Under the pieces are notes generated by a model, which did no database searches, was not told where the DNA came from, and saw only the letters and a program-made list of their open reading frames with translations. A program made the translations under genes and the position numbers. Of a stretch of 64,000 nt of DNA, positions 59,436-64,000 are shown one piece after another; positions within the stretch are counted from its first letter, which is position 1, and each line of letters opens with the position of its first letter. The DNA comes from an uncultured virus (IMG/VR IMGVR_UViG_3300049167_000097) (taxonomy: Duplodnaviria; Heunggongvirae; Uroviricota; Caudoviricetes). The stretch lies in IMG/VR virus record IMGVR_UViG_3300049167_000097; one strand, given 5' to 3'.

Positions 59436-60200
59436 TCAGGAGGAGAAGTCGTACCGAAAGAGATACTTGGAGGCGTCCAGAACCATTCGATTGATCTCGA
59501 CGACCCGATCGGACGCGTCACGGGCATAGCGCACCAGCTCCACCACGGGAGCGGCCGGGGACAGGCCGAGATCCTCCACCTCGGCTGGCAACGCCTTGCG
59601 GCAGCGGAGGTCTTCGCGGAACTTGACCGGCTTGTGCCCAGCCTCCTCCAGCTGCTTGTACGTTCCGCCGGGACCGGTGTCGACCTGCGTGATGCGAGTC
59701 CCGCGCGCGAGATCCTCAGGAATGAAGGCGATAGACCTCATGAGCGGCACGCCGTCGAGGAGGTACCGCCGGTCCCGACGACAGACCAGATCGCCTTCCT
59801 CAATTTCGAGGGCGGTAGCCACGTCAACGTCGGCCGGCAGCTGCTCAACCTGCACACCGTCCGGGACGAGTCGTCGATCCTCGACATCGACGTCCCAGAT
59901 GGACTTGCCAGATCCCCACTGCTCCGACGAGAGGCGCCGTAGGCCGTTCCTCACGATGGGCCGCCACTCCAGGACAAACCAGCCCGAGTTCTTGCGCGAC
60001 TCGATGACACCTTCGTCACGCAAGCTGGCCAGCGCCTGCCGGACTGTCATGACCGAACTGGTGAGGTGCGAGTACTGCTCGAGGAGCTTTCGCTCGGAAG
60101 CGAGCTTGTTCTTGGGGGCGAACTCGCCTTCATCGATGCGCCTACGCAGGTCGTCGGCGATCTCCATGTACTTGTGCTGCTCGCCGGTTCTGCGCGGCAC
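59436..60200 (-). CDS. GntR/UTRA (KorSA/TraR-like) repressor
   Basis: YMEIADDLRRRI...LASE...TVRQALASLRDEG; C-terminal UTRA-like region; GGGAGG RBS before GTG 60200. Confidence 0.88.
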   Translation of the reverse strand: MPRRTGEQHKYMEIADDLRRRIDEGEFAPKNKLASERKLLEQYSHLTSSVMTVRQALASLRDEGVIESRKNSGWFVLEWRPIVRNGLRRLSSEQWGSGKSIWDVDVEDRRLVPDGVQVEQLPADVDVATALEIEEGDLVCRRDRRYLLDGVPLMRSIAFIPEDLARGTRITQVDTGPGGTYKQLEEAGHKPVKFREDLRCRKALPAEVEDLGLSPAAPVVELVRYARDASDRVVEINRMVLDASKYLFRYDFSS

Positions 60201-60221
60201 GTGACCTCCCTCTGACGTATG

Positions 60222-60315
60222 CATCTAGAGCAACGCTACCCGCTGTAGTGCACAGGCCGTGAGTCTGGCCCTGTCGCGCCCCGACGAGCGGCTAGCCATA
60301 AATTGCTCTAGAGCG
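60222..60315. promoter_or_regulatory. Further copies of the CTAGAG operator upstream of GntR gene
   Basis: CATCTAGAGCA (60222) and TGCTCTAGAGCG (60304). Confidence 0.65.
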
Positions 60316-60700
60316 CTACGGTTCTTGTAGTCGATGCGTCACAACACACGTTCGACGGCCCATTCGGCATGCCCGAGAGGAACCGCATGACCTTCGGATT
60401 CGCCACGACGGAGAGCAGCGGTCCCGCCCGCTACTTCAAGCCGCTTCCACCTTTGGCCAATGATTGGCCGCGCGAATGCGAGTGGAGCGCGACGAATCCT
60501 ATCGGGCCAGGCAAATCCACGATCGGTGCAGGTGGTAGACCCCTGGACTCCCGGTCTTGATCTGCACAGTGCAGGTTGGCGGGCGGCCTAATGTCGTCGC
60601 CCAGAACGCGAACGGCCGGACGGGTGCAACCGTCCGGCCTGTTGGACCAGCGGGTGCAACCGCTGATCATCACCGTCACTCCACCAGAGAGAAGGCTCTC

Positions 60701-61045
60701 GTGACTCTACTGCAAGAAGCCCCTGTCGTCTCTGCTCCGCTCCCTCCTGCAGCGCAGGCCTGCCCGTCGTGGTGCACGGAGCGCACTTCGTCAGTACATC
60801 GGTTCGCCGCGGCGGGTACAGCGCACTTCTCTGCACAGACCGTTCTGCCGAATCCGCGGCCGCTGCCAGATGAGACCCCGGCGCTGCTGCGCGCGGAGCT
60901 GTACCAGGACGCCCTCGGCGGGGTGCAGCTGTTCGTGCAGGGCGAGACGACGGTCGATCTATCACCGGTCGAGGCGGATGTCCTGATCGCTCAAGCGCAG
61001 GGATTCGTAGACACGCTGCGCATCCTGCGCCGACAGATGCACTGA
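60701..61045 (+). CDS. DUF6907-like hypothetical protein
   Basis: ACPSWC...H motif; followed by hairpin. Confidence 0.55.
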   Translation: MTLLQEAPVVSAPLPPAAQACPSWCTERTSSVHRFAAAGTAHFSAQTVLPNPRPLPDETPALLRAELYQDALGGVQLFVQGETTVDLSPVEADVLIAQAQGFVDTLRILRRQMH

Positions 61046-61060
61046 CACCCAACCGCACGA

Positions 61061-61090
61061 GAGGCCCCCGCCATCTGGCGGGGGCTTCTT
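61061..61090 (+). terminator. Intrinsic terminator
   Basis: GCCCCCGCCA-TC-TGGCGGGGGC-TTCTT. Confidence 0.75.
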
Positions 61091-61153
61091 CGCGCTCTGC
61101 TGAATGTCGGGTTCCGCAGGCATGCTGTTGGGTCGGCGTAGAAGGGGACGGTC

Positions 61154-61486
61154 GTGTACGCGTGTCCGCAGTGTGGGGAGTCGGGCCAGGTGCTGCATCT
61201 GCCGGCGTTTTGGAAGAGCCTGTCGCAGGATGCCGAGTTGAAGCGGGAGCTGGCGCAGCCGCCGGAGTACGCGGCGCGCTGGCTGATACCGGTGGGCCTG
61301 GTCGCGTTCGGCATATTTGTGATCGTGTCGGGTGATCCGCTGGGTCTGCTGCTCCTCGCCGCGGGCGGGGCGTCGGGCTGGTGGATGCACCGCTCCACTG
61401 GGGTCGCCCGTGAGGCGCGGGAGCGGTGGGAGCGGCTCATGTACTGCCGGACCTGCCCTGCTCAGTTCGAGCCCGGCAAGGCGTGA
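61154..61486 (+). CDS. Membrane protein with split Zn ribbon
   Basis: CPQC...2 TM...CRTC. Confidence 0.65.
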   Translation: MYACPQCGESGQVLHLPAFWKSLSQDAELKRELAQPPEYAARWLIPVGLVAFGIFVIVSGDPLGLLLLAAGGASGWWMHRSTGVAREARERWERLMYCRTCPAQFEPGKA

Positions 61487-61538
61487 GCTGATCCGCTTGG
61501 ACGGTCGGCTCGACTGGGACGACAACCCGACCACCCGT

Positions 61539-61618
61539 TCGCACCGGTGTTCGACTCGTCACGTTCCGTCTCAGCCTTCACCCGGCCTCTTCACGCTGTC
61601 AGTGCTGGTCGCTACGGT
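61539..61618 (+). promoter_or_regulatory. SOS-like box plus RecA-NDp-like promoter upstream of TA pair
   Basis: TCGCAC-CGGT-GTTCGA (61539-54); TGTCAGTG-N8-TACGGT (61597-618). Confidence 0.55.
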
Positions 61619-61718
61619 GTAGCCATCTGGGGTTCTCTCGCCCAACCACAGACCCGCCGTCCGCACCACAGGGGGGGCGCTTAACCTACTGTGGAAGGCG
61701 AGACGAAAGGGGGCAGTC

Positions 61719-62174
61719 ATGGGAAACGCGCACGACGTCGCTGCTTACATCCTGTCCAAGACAGGACCGCTGTCGGCGATGAAGCTGCAGAAGCTCTGCT
61801 ACTACTCTCAGGCGTGGTCCCTTGTGTGGGATGAGCAGCCGCTGTTCTCCGAGCGCATCGAGGCCTGGCAGAACGGCCCGGTCGTCCGCTCTCTGTATGC
61901 GAGCCACCGAGGTCAGTACACGGTCACTGAATGGCCGCAGGGTGACCCGCAAGCACTCACACCAGATCAGCGGGCGACCATCAGCGCCGTGATCGATGCC
62001 TACGCGAAACTGACTGCCCAGCAACTCAGCGACCTCACTCACAGTGAAGGACCCTGGATCGAAGCGCGCGCCGGCGTGCCGCTCGGCGAGCGGAGCGACG
62101 CTGAGATCAGCCAGGCGTCCATGCAGCGCTTTTACGCTTCACTGGCAGACCGAAGCGACACGGAGAGTGTCTGA
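61719..62174 (+). CDS. Panacea/SocA (DUF4065) antitoxin
   Basis: DVAAYIL...MKLQKLCYYSQAW...IEAWQNGPV...LSDLTHSEGPW. Confidence 0.9.
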   Translation: MGNAHDVAAYILSKTGPLSAMKLQKLCYYSQAWSLVWDEQPLFSERIEAWQNGPVVRSLYASHRGQYTVTEWPQGDPQALTPDQRATISAVIDAYAKLTAQQLSDLTHSEGPWIEARAGVPLGERSDAEISQASMQRFYASLADRSDTESV

Positions 62175-62194
62175 GCACTTCCTCAGGGGGGTTC

Positions 62195-62692
62195 GTGGGG
62201 GGCAAGGCCAAGGGCTCCAACAAGCGCGTTCCGCAAGCTGCCGTCCCGGACGCTCCGGACCGCACACCGCGGCGGCTTCTCGGTGTCGCCACGGCTGGCG
62301 AGCTGGACGAGCAGCATCCTGTGTGGCGCACCTCGCTACTTGATCGTGAACACGCAGGTTCGTGGTCGTGGGCGATCACTGATGCCACGCTCCTCAAGAT
62401 CGTTGATCTCCTGTCGGAGATGGAGCGCCTGACCTGGCGTGAGATACGCCAGCAGCAAACCGGCGGTCGGCGTAGGGGCGCGAAGCACAAGCCCATTCCG
62501 CGGGACCACCTGTGCAAGGAGGCCCAGGACCGCCTTGAAGAGCTGGAGCTCGATGACTTTGAGGAGCTCTTCCGCTTCCGAACGGGGAATATGGAGCGCT
62601 TGTGGGGGGTGCTCTCCAATGAGAACCCGCGGGTGTTCTATCCGATCTGGTGGGACGCAGACCACAGGGTCTGTCCGAGCAAAGATCAGTGA
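62195..62692 (+). CDS. Probable cognate toxin (RelE-like fold inferred)
   Basis: Directly downstream of Panacea gene; LFRFR...RLWG...FYPIWWDADH. Confidence 0.6.
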   Translation: MGGKAKGSNKRVPQAAVPDAPDRTPRRLLGVATAGELDEQHPVWRTSLLDREHAGSWSWAITDATLLKIVDLLSEMERLTWREIRQQQTGGRRRGAKHKPIPRDHLCKEAQDRLEELELDDFEELFRFRTGNMERLWGVLSNENPRVFYPIWWDADHRVCPSKDQ

Positions 62693-62730
62693 GGGCCTGG
62701 CCGCTATGACGGTGGCTTGAGTACGCGCAG

Positions 62731-62762
62731 AAGCCCCCGACCATGACGGTTGGGGGGCTTTC
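62731..62762 (+). terminator. Intrinsic terminator
   Basis: AAGCCCCCGACC...GGTTGGGGGGCTTT. Confidence 0.65.
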
Positions 62763-62776
62763 TCGTTGTACAGGTC

Positions 62777-62923
62777 ATGGATGAGCGTGTTCCGCTGGTG
62801 ACCGAGGACGAGGCGCGGAAGGTGACTGCGCTGCTGCTGGCCTGGGGGTCGGACAATCCGGATCTCGCCGTGGAGGCGGATCGGATGGCGCACGACCTGG
62901 CACTCAGGCTGCCGGCGGAGTAG
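62777..62923 (+). CDS. 48-aa hypothetical protein
   Basis: MDERVPLVTEDEARKV...LRLPAE*, read by hand. Confidence 0.4.
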   Translation: MDERVPLVTEDEARKVTALLLAWGSDNPDLAVEADRMAHDLALRLPAE

Positions 62924-62925
62924 GG

Positions 62926-63291
62926 CTAGGCCTGCTCGGGGTCTTGGTTGTAGCGATGGATGGCTCTGATCTGAATCTCGATGATCTGCTGCTGTTCGCT
63001 GGTGAGGTCGCGGAACATGTCGATGATTCGGGCTTCGAGGTCCGGGCTGCTCGGGCCGGGGAGGCGTCGGCCGGCTGCGGCAAATACGTCCTGTTGCGAG
63101 ACCCCAAGGACTTCCGCGAGCTTCTGCAGTGTCTCTCGGCCTGGGCCTCGTCCGGTGCCCCGTTTGCGAGTCACCCAGCTGCTGACGGCCGAGGGAGAGA
63201 TGCCGACGCGGCGGGCGATCTCGCTCTGGCTGAGCTCGGGGCGCTGGTCTTGGATCCGGCGGATCAGTGCTGCAAGGTCTTCGTCGCCCAT
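62926..63291 (-). CDS. XRE HTH repressor-like protein
   Basis: LSQSEIARRVGISPSAVSSWV; GGAGG RBS. Confidence 0.85.
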   Translation of the reverse strand: MGDEDLAALIRRIQDQRPELSQSEIARRVGISPSAVSSWVTRKRGTGRGPGRETLQKLAEVLGVSQQDVFAAAGRRLPGPSSPDLEARIIDMFRDLTSEQQQIIEIQIRAIHRYNQDPEQA

Positions 63292-63473
63292 GTGGTCCTC
63301 CGTGGTGCGGTGACGGGTCACGATAGCTCTGGCTGCAGCCAGCACCAGCGGAGAGCGTGTAGCCGTTGCTGGTTCTCTCCTCCAGGCGACGGCTGCTCGT
63401 GGCGGGGTGTGCCGCGTTCGGGGACGGGGCGCGGTGTCGATCGCGGTGGGGCTCCTTCGTGCGGCAGGGCGGG

Positions 63474-63710
63474 TTAGGCGCTGTGGCAGGTGCAGTGGCA
63501 GGCGACGCCGGTGAACTTCTGCGTGATGGGGCAGCGCCTGTGGAGGTGTTCGACCCAGGCGGGCAGGTGCGGGTTTTCGGGGTGTCGGATGGTGGCGGCG
63601 TCGACGACGCGGGCGGTTTCGCAGGCGGTGGACAGGTAGCTGCGGAGGAGGAGCAGTGCGAGGACGTCGTCGGGAAGCCGGTCGCTGGCGGGGGTGGGCG
63701 GGGTGGTCAC
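63474..63710 (-). CDS. Small Cys/His-rich protein
   Basis: YLSTAC...CHCTCH; GTGA coupling. Confidence 0.6.
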   Translation of the reverse strand: MTTPPTPASDRLPDDVLALLLLRSYLSTACETARVVDAATIRHPENPHLPAWVEHLHRRCPITQKFTGVACHCTCHSA

Positions 63711-63937
63711 GGCTGCTCCTCGGTGTCGACGAGTTGGATGCCGATGACGAGTCGCATGCCGCACAGCGTGAGGATGCGGTCCGCCCACTGGAGGGGCATC
63801 GGCGCCCGTCCGGTGATCATCTGATTCGTGTGCTTGGTGCTGAGGCCGAGCCGGCGTGATGCTTCGGCCTGACTGATGCCAGTCCGCTCGAGAGCAGCCC
63901 GGACTTGCACACGCAGGTCTTCCTCAGCGCCAGTCAC
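63707..63937 (-). CDS. XRE HTH protein
   Basis: GISQAEASRRLGLSTKHTNQMITG. Confidence 0.8.
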   Translation of the reverse strand: MTGAEEDLRVQVRAALERTGISQAEASRRLGLSTKHTNQMITGRAPMPLQWADRILTLCGMRLVIGIQLVDTEEQP

Positions 63938-64000
63938 GGCTGCTCCTGGTACAGCGGTTCGGTGGCGAGGTGGGGCCGGAGGATGGCGAGGGCGCGGTCG

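Larger units (their letters stand above)
1..64000. mobile_element. Temperate siphovirus (Streptomyces-type) carrying a conjugation module; both window ends lie inside the element
   Basis: Integrase/repressor, lysis, tail, head and packaging genes plus TraB/Spd/GntR module; no intact housekeeping genes. Confidence 0.93.

Noticed and set aside
1..64000. tRNA/rRNA genes, reverse transcriptase/DGR, IS transposases, replication initiator, cos/pac site
   Set aside because: None recognisable by eye; replication genes may lie outside the window.

Overview
High-GC, Streptomyces-type temperate siphovirus genome segment with no intact host genes in 64 kb. Left to right: (1) a leftward early operon of small hypothetical genes, xis-like and cro-like genes, a repressor and a tyrosine integrase; (2) an apparently intact attP whose core overlaps the integrase stop codon and carries a replacement 3' end of the host uppP/bacA gene; (3) a moron-rich region with LexA-box and RecA-NDp-like promoters, a degenerate and an intact XerC/D-like recombinase next to a dif-like 11-6-11 site, an HEPN-like gene and a lipoprotein; (4) a lysis cassette separated from the tail genes by an opposite-strand accessory cassette; (5) tail and capsid genes transcribed divergently from the MuF/terminase/portal genes; (6) an AICE/plasmid-type conjugation module (GntR/KorSA-like regulator, Xis-like HTH, micro-ORFs, SpdB-like membrane protein, TraB-like FtsK ATPase and a phased clt-like repeat locus); (7) a Panacea (SocA)-type TA pair and further HTH genes. 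Best overall reading: a phage/conjugative-element hybrid that may integrate, exist as a circle and spread by virions or by TraB transfer. All family assignments come from motifs recognised by eye; no database searches were run.
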